Shown: one piece after another, positions 45,024 to 57,000 of the stretch
Numbering within the stretch: position 1 is the first letter of the stretch
Layout: every line of letters begins with the position of its first letter
Assembly: GCA_048882045.1 (NCBI GenBank)
Contig: JBHLRZ010000003.1
Span: 136,192 to 200,191, forward strand
DNA length: 64,000 nucleotides
Direction of reading: 5' to 3'
Source: Candidatus Thorarchaeota archaeon
GTDB taxonomy: Archaea > Asgardarchaeota > Thorarchaeia > Thorarchaeales > Thorarchaeaceae
Notes under the pieces: model-generated
What the model saw: the letters and a program-made list of their open reading frames with translations, nothing else
Databases searched by the model: none
What the model was told of the DNA's origin: nothing
Position numbers and translations under genes: made by a program

Positions 45024-48000
45024 CTACCCCTTCCTATCCTCCAGACTTTTGACGAGCTCTTCTACAAGGTCACGAGGCAGCTCCTTGGCTTGCTCGATGA
45101 TTGTGTCGATTTCGTAGGGAGGCACTCCTCTACGTTCAAGGTCCTTTCGGAGCTCCTCAATCTCATGCAGACTCATCCTTTCAGAAGTGATATCCGTCAC
45201 TTCCTCAAAGGTGTCCTCCTCAACCTCCTCCTCGACCTTAGGGGTCACAACCTTTTCCTCTTCCTCGAGGAACACTGTTTCAACTGCACCAGTATCGACG
45301 ACATCAAGAGGTTCGACCGCTTCCTCTGCACCAAGACGACGACGGGCTTCGGCTTCGACCTTTTCGATGATTTCCTCGACTGTGCTGCCCTCACGTCGGG
45401 CTGCACGGATTGCTTCCTGCATTATGACCTCTTTCACGAAGGCCGCCTGCTCACTCATCTTCATCTTGACAATGTCAGCCTTGAACTCCTCCAATTCTCC
45501 AGCACTCAGGTTGGTCAGGATTGCTAGTTGCATGAGAAGTTCACCCATCTCTGGGACCTCAATGGGTATGGATTCCTCAGGCATTTGCTGCGCAGTGCGA
45601 GTGATTTTCATCTTCTCATATGTGTCATTGAACAGATCTGCAATGAGTGCCTGACGACTCTTGACATCGCTCACAGGCTTTGGAACTTTGCCCTTACGTA
45701 GTGTCTTGATTTGACCGTTGATCTGACGTATTCGCTTTGGTACACTCCAGACTCGTACATAAAGGCCAAGCAGTGTGATGACTAATAGGCTGATTGGCAG
45801 ACCAATTTGAGTCACTTGACCTATCAGGATATCAGTCTCATTGGGATTGGCTGTTATGGTAATCTGGAGTTCAATGGAATCAACAAATTCTGATCCCAAC
45901 TGAAGCCGAATGATGTTATCTCCTGCGGTACCTATCACTTCGAATTTGACTTCATAGACTCCGCCTCCTAGAGATCTGTTTGTTCCAAGAATAACCCTGG
46001 CAGTGTTTCCTCCAGAATATTGGAATGGAACTCCTTCAACACCCTGATTATGCCAGGTGTCATATAGGGTGAACTGAATTGTGAGCTGATCACCATTCAA
46101 GAGACTGAACTGAGTTTCTCCAGTGTATTGAATGACAGTTGGTATCTTGATAATGCTGATTCTGACCGTTTCCTCTTGTGATATCCTATTTGGATACTCC
46201 ATCCTGACAGTCAGGAAGAACTGACCAGATTCAATGATCTTCTCAAAATTGTTGAACTCATAGAAACTGAGATCGTTTGTGTCAAATACAAAGCTGTACA
46301 ATCCCACACCAAAACGTATCACAACTCCAGTCACATTTCTTGAGCCGGGGAAGTAGTCCGTTGCTACTAATGTTGCTTGGATTGTAGCGAAATCAAGACC
46401 ACCAAACAAGCCACCAACATCACTTGTGTCATTGAAGAAGAATGAGATAGTAATGGAATCACCCATAGGTACTTGGAGATTTGTCACATCACCACTGTTC
46501 TGGTGTGTTCTTTCATCGTCAACAGAAACAAGAAGCTCCGTGGATCGGAATTTGATAAACATGTTTGCTCCGCTAGTTCGCTCCTGGTAGTTTTGCTTCT
46601 GCAGGTCTAGGATTATCCTGTGTTGAGCATTTGAAGTCAAGTACGTTGTGTTGATAAAGACCATATAGGTTCCATTTCCAAGGTCATATGCAATGAGTCC
46701 AGTAAATGGCCCATAGTCATAAGTAACTGACGCATTATCTATACCACGACCGAATGAAGTGTCGTAATACGTGAAACTTATGTTATCAGCCCATCCCCAG
46801 TCAACTTCAATCGTAAGTGTAGGAGCCCAGACCTCAGTTTCAATCTTCTTGATTGTCAACGTGACCGTTGCTGTCGATGATGCAAGTATCGGATCATCTG
46901 GAAATGCTCGGAAGGTCAAGCCCCAAGTCCCGTACAATCCGAGAGATGTGTTGAACTCGGCAACCCATAGTTTAAGTGTGTCATTGTAGGTGAAAGTCAA
47001 ATTCAGTCCATCGAAGGATTGTTCATACATGAAGACTTGACCAAATATCACAGTTGTTTTGTTTGCTTTTTCTGTCAAATTAAGTCCAAGGTAAATAACT
47101 TCAGAATATACAGCATCAATCTCTGTAATTATGAACCCAGTTAACGGATCTCTGACCTCGAGAAGTGTTTCTGTTTGACCGATATTGATTCTAAACAGAT
47201 CTCCAGCAACTTGGTAATCAAAGAATCCAGCTGTGATTTGTACGTCATAGGATCCAGGGTCAAGAATAGTTGCAACTCCTGGAATTGAACCGACCCATAA
47301 TGATGAAAAGCTATCCCAGGTCAGAGGATACTGTATTCCTCGGAAAGTGGCATAGATTGTTTGTACTTGAAGATTATCTATTGGGGTCAGATGAGTTGTA
47401 TCATTGAGGCTTACACCAATCGTGAAGGAATTTCCTCTGCTGACATCTAAGATACCTGTTGGAGGGTCTATAATAACAATATCACTTGGTAATGCGAGAA
47501 CATTCAGTGTAACTTGAGTCGTTGCAAGTGTATACTTATCCAGAGATGCTGATATTTGCACTATTCGAGTTCCTGAGAATCCCAGTGAACTTGTATCGAT
47601 AATAGCACGATATTGACCTGGGACACCCGGTTCATCTAAGTAATCCCCAAACACGCCTCCTATTGACCAACTGACAGTGGCTCCGCTAATTAGGATATCA
47701 TCGAGTAGGTTCTTGTAGTCAACGTAGATATATGCAGTGTCAGTCCAGTTGTATAATTGCGATGTTGACAGAGGGATTAGATCAGTACGAATCTCAATAA
47801 CTGAGAATTGAGGTGTGACCGTTGACGAGGAATATACTGATGCTGCGACAGTGATGTCAAGAGTGTATGCTCCAAGAGATAGCAAGTCAGAAGTGTTGAA
47901 TGACACATTGTAAACTCCAGGTGTTGGAGTTTCAAAGACAACTAGACCTGCAGGAGGTAAGCCACTGACTAGATATTTCACTCGAGCTTCAATAACTGCG

Positions 48001-51000
48001 GCATATCCAGTCAAAGGCAGATTGTGGTCCAAGTCTCGCCAAGTGAGTAGTAATGAAACATCTCCTGTGAATTGTACTGAAGAGGGTACCAGTGCATCTA
48101 CAGTCAATGACGTACGCACAAGGTCGACCAACCCTGTAATTGTAGTAGTAGAGCGATTGGAATAGAATGGAACCATACTCGGATTCCATTGGACTGCGAT
48201 ATCGAAGAAGAAAGTCCCTGTTCCAGACAGAGAAAGGGAGTCCACATGGAATGTATATACACCAGCTCCTTCCGTTCTTGTGTAGTCAATCCCCTCGAGC
48301 AGACTGTGACCTTGACAGCTGAACTGAATGATCGCTCCAACGATTGGATTGCCGTTGTCAAGATCGGTCAGCGATAGTGAGATGTTTACGATGTCACCCT
48401 TGGGTGTTCTATCAACTTGATCGGTTTCTACTAATATGGATCTACCAGTGATTGTCACTTTCACGATTGTGGAATCATCACGATAGTAAGGAGCTGTGGC
48501 AGAGTTCCAATCAACTTGAAGTGAGAGGGAGAGGCCACTGATTGGAACTGTAGAGAGTACATCGGATGCTATAGTAATTTCATATGAAGTCCCAGTCGGA
48601 GTGACTGTGTATAGGATTGAGTTGATCTCGGACATGTTTGCCCAATAGAGGTGAATGTTAGTTCCAGCAATCGAAGTGATTGGAATAGAAGATGCATCAA
48701 GGTCAAGGTACTGGAATGTGAATGTCACATCATCAAGATACAGAGTCTGTGCTGGTGGGATTGTAACGTCTATGTTTGTTTCCCGTTCACGGACAATGAC
48801 AGTTACTTCTCTCGTCTTGTTTGTGTGATAAGGTGCACCAAACCAATCCGCATGGACACTCAGAGGATAGCTTGAGGGACTACCAAGTGCTGATGAATCA
48901 ACAGTAATAACATAGATTCCAGCAAGACCCGGTGTAACATCGTAATCTGCTGGTGCTAGCGAAGGGATTGTAATCGTAGCACCTACAATTCCAGATCCAC
49001 CTGCATCAACATCGCTGAAGAAGACCGAGAAGACTGCATTATCCCCATAGGGTGTTACGTCAGGTTCTTGGTCAAGACTCAGAGAGGAAACTCGGTTTCT
49101 AACTTGGAATTGGACAATCAGCTCATCAGTTGAGTAGAATGGTACTTGATAGGCATAACTCATCCTCAGAGTCAGTGTATAGGGCACTCCTGTCTGAAGA
49201 CCAAGATTATAGGTTTCAACACTGAGTTGATAGTCACTAAAGGCAGCACGCCATGTCACGGTGAAGAACCATGGACCCGAACCCGGACCATTTATGATCT
49301 CCAAAGTAACATCTGCTGAATCGTTGCCGATAATTCCAGTTGTGAACAAGTCTTGGTAGTACAGAATCACATTGATTGACGAATTATATGGCACAGTTGA
49401 GATCGGTTCAGCAGCCAGTAAAGCAAGCCGTTCCCGAACATTGAAATCACGCGGGGTGAACACATTCTGAATTCCAGTAGTACCGATTGAAACGCTCACA
49501 CCTAAAACATAGGTTCCAGGAGTACTAACAAATGTTGTGTTTAGAGTGATTCGGTATATTCCAAGGGCAGCATATTCGAACACACTGTAGTACATCGAAT
49601 TGATTGCTACTCCTCCATCATAGAGTAATACTGTAGCACCAGTGATTGGATCAGATGCTCCACCCGTGATGTCAGTCCAAGTTACATTGAATATCACCTC
49701 ATCGAGATACTGTGTTGGAGCTGGGGCGAGATATTCCAAGAACGTGACACGATTGATTATGGAGATGTACACGATGCGTCCTGTTCGGTTCGTGTAGAAT
49801 GGTATGCCGTTCCAATTCACATTCAGTCGAATCGCAAAAGTACCAACAGCACCAAATTGAGTTGTATCGAAGTTGAAAGTGAATGTACCTCCAGATTCTA
49901 TGTATCCGAAGGTGATGTTGGAAGTGATGCTTAAACTAGGGTCATCCAGTATGAATGAACTTGATCCTCCAGTGATGTCTTCATAGGTGAATGTGAACGA
50001 TGTTGATTCACCAAAACTGACTGGGGAGGGCGGATTTATCGAAAGTAGTGTATCTCTTGGCAAGACTCGTACTGAGATGACATCAGTCCTGTTTGAGTAG
50101 AATGGAGAAACACCTTTTGACCAGTTGACAAAGACATTCATGTAGATGAGTCCTGTCCGACTGAAGATGTTGGTGTCAAAGAAGATGGAGTAGTTGCCTG
50201 GTTGTGTTGCTGAAAGATCAGTCAGCGTTATATCAGCCTGAGTTGCAGATTCACCTTGGAATGAAACATAGACGAATACATATCCAGTGAGATTATCGAT
50301 ACCTATTCCACTGAATAAGTCACTATAGAAGAAGATGTACTCCATATTCTCATCATAAGGAGTGGGCTCAGAGCTGACGAGAAGTGTAAGAGCAGAATCC
50401 CTTCCAACCACATTTGCAGTGGTGACAAAGGACTTGTCTTGATATTTTGCGACTGCTCCTGTCCAATCAGCGTAAACTGTGAATGTCTGCAGACCTAGTC
50501 CGAACTGAGATGCAGGCACCTGAATGATATAGAAACCATCTCCCAAGATCAAATCATACCCATAGCTGGAACTTACGGGTCCAGATGCGTTATTTACATA
50601 GAAATCAACAAGGAGTGATTTGATTCCTACGAGATTGTCAAGATCACCATAGTAGACAGATAGGTTGAAGACGCCGATGGTGCTGGTAGGAACGATGGAA
50701 CTAACTATTCGGAAGTCAGTGTTATGAGTACGTATTGAAACTGTGATATTGAAACTCGCAGCTTTGTAATTAACACCTTTTGAGAATGTGAAACTGTATA
50801 CAATGTTCTGGGAAATTGTATCGGAATCAGAAGTGTAGAATGTGATTTTGTATCGTCCCGATTCCCAGATGACCGAATAATTCCCCCATGTCGAAACAAC
50901 TTGAGTGTATGGAACTGTGGTGTTATCAATTGGTACTAAGCGATCAATATCCGTATAGTCAACATAGAACACTCGTGAGCTACCAATTGGGATGTCCAAG

Positions 51001-54000
51001 GAACCGACAGAAGGAACTGACGATGTGTAAGCCTCTCTTATGACAATTCGGAATCTAAGAGTTCTAGCTTCATAAGGTGCCAGTTCAGCAGTCAGATTCA
51101 AGTAATGAGTTCCTTGACTGAGTAGGGAAACATCAATCCAGACGCTGTAGATACCTCCTAACAGATCAGTCTGATTTGCAATCCAATCTGGACTTCCTGT
51201 TATTGTTGCACCTTCTATTCCAGAACCAAAATCTGCATCTGTATAGTTCAAAAGTATCTGGACATCCATCTGGTATGGAGTTACAACCTGAGGATAATTC
51301 GGTGATGAGAGATAGCTGAAGATGTCTCTATATTGGACTCTGATGACGATGAATGCGTTCTTGTATCGATTGTCAAGAGAATTGAAATTGACTCTTATGT
51401 CATAGGTGCCAGAAGTGAACTCCAAGGCATTAATGGTCAGCTTATATCTCCCATATACTTGATCAGTAACATCAATCGATTCTGTATATCCTGATACAGA
51501 GAATTCTCCTGCTATTCTACCTTGAATTGGATCACTGTAAAATGGTCCTGCCTCACTTACATTAAGACGCAAGTATACAACGAAGTCTTGACCTTGTGGG
51601 AGAAGCAGGTTGTATGGTTCATGATACATTAGAGTAGTCATGCTTCTGATTGTGATGTCAAAATTATATGGAGTTGGAGCTTGGTAGATACTTGACAGAG
51701 TTACTGTGACTGTCACAGTTTGCACACCGACTGACCAAGTACTAGTACCCAGAGTGATGGCATAGATACCGAAATCATCAGATCCTCCGGTCCAAGCTAA
51801 ATGGATGTTTGTGACCTGACCTATAGGCACTATTCCACCAGTGTCCAAGTCAGTCAGAATGATTGTTAGTGGCGTTTGGTTGCCATACGGTTGAGTTGTG
51901 ACACCTGTTACAGTCAAGGATGTCCTATGAGGCCTGATTATTACGTTAAATGTGTATACAGCAGGGGCTCCTATATCCGAATTGGACATAGTAACTGTAA
52001 GTGTGACAGAAACCGTACCGACAGACCATGTGTCAGTTACAAGGGTCATATCGTAGCTAAACAATGAACTCAAAATTTGTTGACCATAGCTTGATGTGAA
52101 GTTGAAGCTCGCGACATCTCCAATATCGACTTGTAATCTTGTGTCCAAGTCCATCAACAAAACTGTCAGAGGAGTATCATCTCCGTACGGAGTGGTCAAA
52201 TCGCCTGACACTGTAACAGCCGTGATGTGTTCTCTTAGAGTAAAAGTTACTTGCACACTACCCATGTGCAGATATGCACCAGCCTTGGTAGCATTGAAGA
52301 TGTACATGTGGTTCCCAAGACTCAATGCTCCGGTTGGAATCGAAATGTCGTAGGTTCCATCATTGTTATCAATGAACGAAACACCAGAACCATCCAGAGT
52401 GATTGTGGCTCCTGTGATTGGAGATCCTGTATAATCATCCGTGAATGCAAGTGTGGCAGTAAAGTCATAGCCAGCTGGAGTTGCTGTTACACCGGATGCG
52501 TCGAGTAGTGTGTCGTGATACAGGTCTATAGTGAAAGAGTCAGAATCATCATTATAGTACGGATGAGAAGAGCTAATGTCAATGCGCCACTGTTTTGCAT
52601 CTCCCAAGTCGGTTGTCTCCAAGACCTTTCCGTATCGGCCATTTCCATAATCATCGAGGGTTATGGTAGAAGGACTTGTCCAGTTCATCGTCACTGTAGC
52701 TCCGGCTACACCTGAAGCTTCTATGGTATCAGTCAGCTGGTACTCAACAATCAATGCATCCCCGACAGTCTTCGTTGTCACTGATGGTTTCTGCAATGAG
52801 AGTGCTGTTGGATGTCGAACAGTGAAGGTGGCTTCAAAGAGTCCAGTCTTATCAGTGACTGTAGTGCCTGTGTCGTTGTAGTATACTTCTACAGTCCAGA
52901 GCCCCGCAGGTGCAGTAGAATCCATGGTCTTCGAAATAGTGTGTTCAGGAGATGTTCGCACTTGTTCTGAACCTCGAACAGCGAAAGTGCTGGGACTGAC
53001 TTGATTCCTATACTCCGTCTGTAGCCAACCAGTAGATCTTGCTGATGTAACTGATGCTACTCTAAATTCATCAAGTTGGCCATCGAACCAACCTGTAAAT
53101 GTGCCACTGGTTTCCCAATCGCCACCTCCCAGACGCCATTCTTCGGTATAGGACATGTTCGCCATAGTTGGAGTGCCGACCTGACCAGCATCGGTATCCC
53201 AGGCTTGGTTTACCCAAATCACGTTATTTGAGGGATTATCCTCGTCGGCATAGCAACCAATATAGTACCAGCCAGGATTCCATGATATTCTCTGTGTCCA
53301 TTTGTAAATTGGACTATTTGCAGAGCTCTCAACCTTGAAGACGAGTGATCCATTTGGCACTGTTCCTTGTCCATAGTCCTGTCCAACGAGAGCTATCACC
53401 ATATCATGATCAATATCAATAAATTTCTCCATGATGACCTGTGTATTTGGTGATAGATCGTTATGAGCTGTGGCTATTCTAAACCACCCTGAAATGAAGA
53501 CATCACCTTGTGGTGTCAATTGATCAGATATTGAAATGTAGTCATCTATACCATCAAAATCTTGAGCATAACCTCCTCGACCTGATATATATTCAACATT
53601 TCCGTTCTGAACACCATCATAACCATTACCTGAAGAATCTGAGTGGATTGCTCCAGATGCTTCGTTCACAACATCTTCTCCAAGATGCCAAACTGCATCA
53701 AAGCCCGAGGACCAGACGCCTTCTGGATTCTCTAGGTTATCAACGACTGGACTTCCATAGTACATAGAAATCGTTTTGTCTGCGCCTAAAGTGAGATTCA
53801 TCTTGACCCAAGCAACAATCTTAGCTTCGGAAAATGTATAGTCCTGATTGAAGTATTCTATCTCATGATCTAGGACAATGTCACCATCCGCAAAAAGAAT
53901 GTCAGATCCATCTGACCGTACTTTCGTTGTATCGTGGAGGTCAGTATCATCAGAATACTGAATCAGGACAGGAAACTCAGTGACCGTACCATAGATAACC

Positions 54001-57000
54001 GAGCTCGGAATTGTAATGTCTTTACGATATCTAAATGATGGAAATCTGTGTGAAGGATCTGTGATTGTCTGATTATAGGACGAAAACCATGTGTTACCAG
54101 CTGGATCAATGAGATTCAATCCAGCTCGTGCTCCAAGGACAGTTGGGGTAGTGATTGTGAATTTTGCTAGGTCATTAATATCATACATAGAAGAGGACAA
54201 CTGGACATCTTGAACGAAATTCCAGCTGATGAATTTGATTGTCCATACTCCCCAGAAATCAATTGATGTCGCATTTAACGTAAGTGTTCCTCCATGATAC
54301 CACCAGTCAGAATCAACAGTCTTGCGCTGATTTATCGGATTTAGAACAGTAGTTGGTTTCCATTCAGCGCGCGGATATTCTAGAGTAAACCCGAACGCAG
54401 TTGCACCAGCAGGAGGAGATACCATGACCTTTGCGGTCCAGTTCACAATACTTGCTCCACTCTCGATGAAATAACTGACTCCTTCATTGAAGTCAGTGTT
54501 CATTGTCTGTGCCTCACCACCAACATCCATAGTGATTGTGACATCCATCGATACAGGATTACTTGAGGTAGTCGTGAAGACTATCTGTGTTTCACCAGCA
54601 TCGGTCCATGTATCAGATATTTGCGTTTGTGAACCGACTGTATAGAATCCCGCGGGATTGTTCTGATTGTTGAATTCAGTTTCAATCCACTCGGCAGACC
54701 GAACTGTTGGAAGCATCCTAATCTCATCTATAGCTCCATCATAATGACGTGTGTCTGATGTACCAGTTTCCCAGTTTCCTATAATGAACATAATGTCGGA
54801 GTCAGCAACAGTATTGCCTGGCCAAGAAACAGAATTCTCAAGACTGCCATTAACATAAAGATACATCATGTCAGAAACTGCATCCCATGTCCACGACAGG
54901 TAGTACCAACTTCCATGATTCATGGGATAGATACCGTCCCTGGACTGAGCGACCATTTGATCAGTCGAGAGCCTGACCCGCATTAGATCACTGGGATTAA
55001 CTGCAAGATGAATCACAGCAGTTGATACAGTCGTTGAAGGAGCTTTCGAGAAAATTCTATCATCGCCAGCAACGTCGTGGTTTATCCATGCACTAACAGT
55101 GAATGCACTCCACTCATCTGTGTAAATCTGCCCAACTGATATTACATCATCAAATCCATCGAATTGAACAGCATCGCCAATTTTGCCGCTCACCTGTGCG
55201 ATCGTTGAGTCGCCATCATACGATGTCCCATCATGGTTGTTTGTTGTGCTATCATAATTAATGCCAGTCGGGTCGTTTCCCAGATGCTGAACAATCTCAT
55301 AATCATTCCATACTCTTGAACCCAAGTTTGGTGGTGCATTCAGACATCCGTAGTGCATTGTTATGACAGTATCAGTAGAACTTGACAAATATGGGACTTT
55401 AACCCATGCAACTAATTTTCCTGAGGCTTGATCGAAGAACTCAATCTCGTGAGGTACTGCAGCACCATCTATGGTGAACGCGATATCACTGCCATTTGAG
55501 AGAACGTGACTCGAAAGATCTGAATCAGTTGGCAAGTCTATCAAGACAGGAAAATCAACGAGGTCTGAAACAACGTTAGTATGATCAATTGTGATGGTCT
55601 TTTGATAGTCGAAGAACACGATAGTATCATCTGGTTCAGGGATGATGTACTCAACAAAGAGTCGGGATCTATCATTTCCATCATATCCTGCTGTGCCAGT
55701 TATCGAGTTCCAGCGTTGATAATAATCTGCGTTCATCAGACTAGTCATTATCAGAATATAGTTACCTTCAGACCAGCCAGGCCTACTGATGACGTTTTGC
55801 ACAAGTGGACCAATCTCAGGAGAGCGATAGCGTGTAGTAGGCGTTATAACCCAAGAATTCAAGTCCCACGGCATTGTAGCTTCAACCCAGCTGTATCTAT
55901 CCTCAAGGTGAGCCCCACCTGTTGTAAAGGCTGAAACATTGTCCTCAGCTGCAACATGGACACGCATACCGTTTAATGGAGTGGCTGAGCCACCTGAGGT
56001 TTGGACTTCAAGGTAGGCTGAAGTGATGATGGCTCCTTGTGGAATGTCAAGTGGAAACTGCATGCCAGTTTCGAAAAGTCCTGATGGATTGAATTGGGAG
56101 GCATGCCAAATTCCTGTATCAAGAACTCCACCAAAAGCACCCCAGGGATATCCATCAAGATCTAGTCCGTACGTATTGTCATCATAGCAGTCACGATTGT
56201 CATCATCAGGAACGTAAGGATAGACACTGTGAGTTGTGGAACCCCAGACGAGAGTACCATTGGCTTTGAGATCAATCTGCTCAGGAAATGGTCGGACAGT
56301 GAAGTCAACTTGAATTTCATCAATCCATGCTTGTGCGTTATATGCTAGGGTTTGACCAGATAGATCAGATGCAATACCGATATCAAACGCGGCAACATGT
56401 GTAGAGAGATTAGCCATGGATGCTGCATTAATTGTTGCGGATGCAGTTAACCATGTGTCTGTAGTGTCTCCACTTTCAAAGACATGAAACTTAACAGTGC
56501 TTCCAGCAAGTCTTGCAAAGAGATGAACTTGGTCAGCCAAATTTGAATTTATACCATCTACATTGTAACGGAATGATATGTCTGCAGAATAGACTTCTCT
56601 CCAAGGAAGCGATACCATTTGGCGGATGTAAATCTCATCATTTGGATTGTGGAAAAAGCTAGTTCCCCAATTAGCTTGCAATCTAATACCCCAGGTTGAC
56701 CCATAACCAGCAGAATGACTCACAAGTTCATATGCTCCATGATTGGGGTGAGATGTGTAATCATTATCAAGATCATCTTCTGCATTCTTGACAAGACTCC
56801 ATCCATCAGGAATACGAACAATCTCTGAATTATAACTAATGTAAGATGGATTTGTGACGATTATGAACTGTTCATCATGACGATCATTCAGGTCTCCATT
56901 GGTAAGAAGATCTTGAGCAGTCCATTGCAGTGAGTCGATTTGAGCTTGCAAGTCGGTTCCGGTCCAACCATCGGTTATGGTCACAGACCCGACTCCAGAG

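Noticed and set aside
44943-45654. Plus-strand ORFs (194 and 155 aa) and the similar 35437-35868 ORF
   Set aside because: They are antisense shadows of the Glu-rich tails of the giant proteins.
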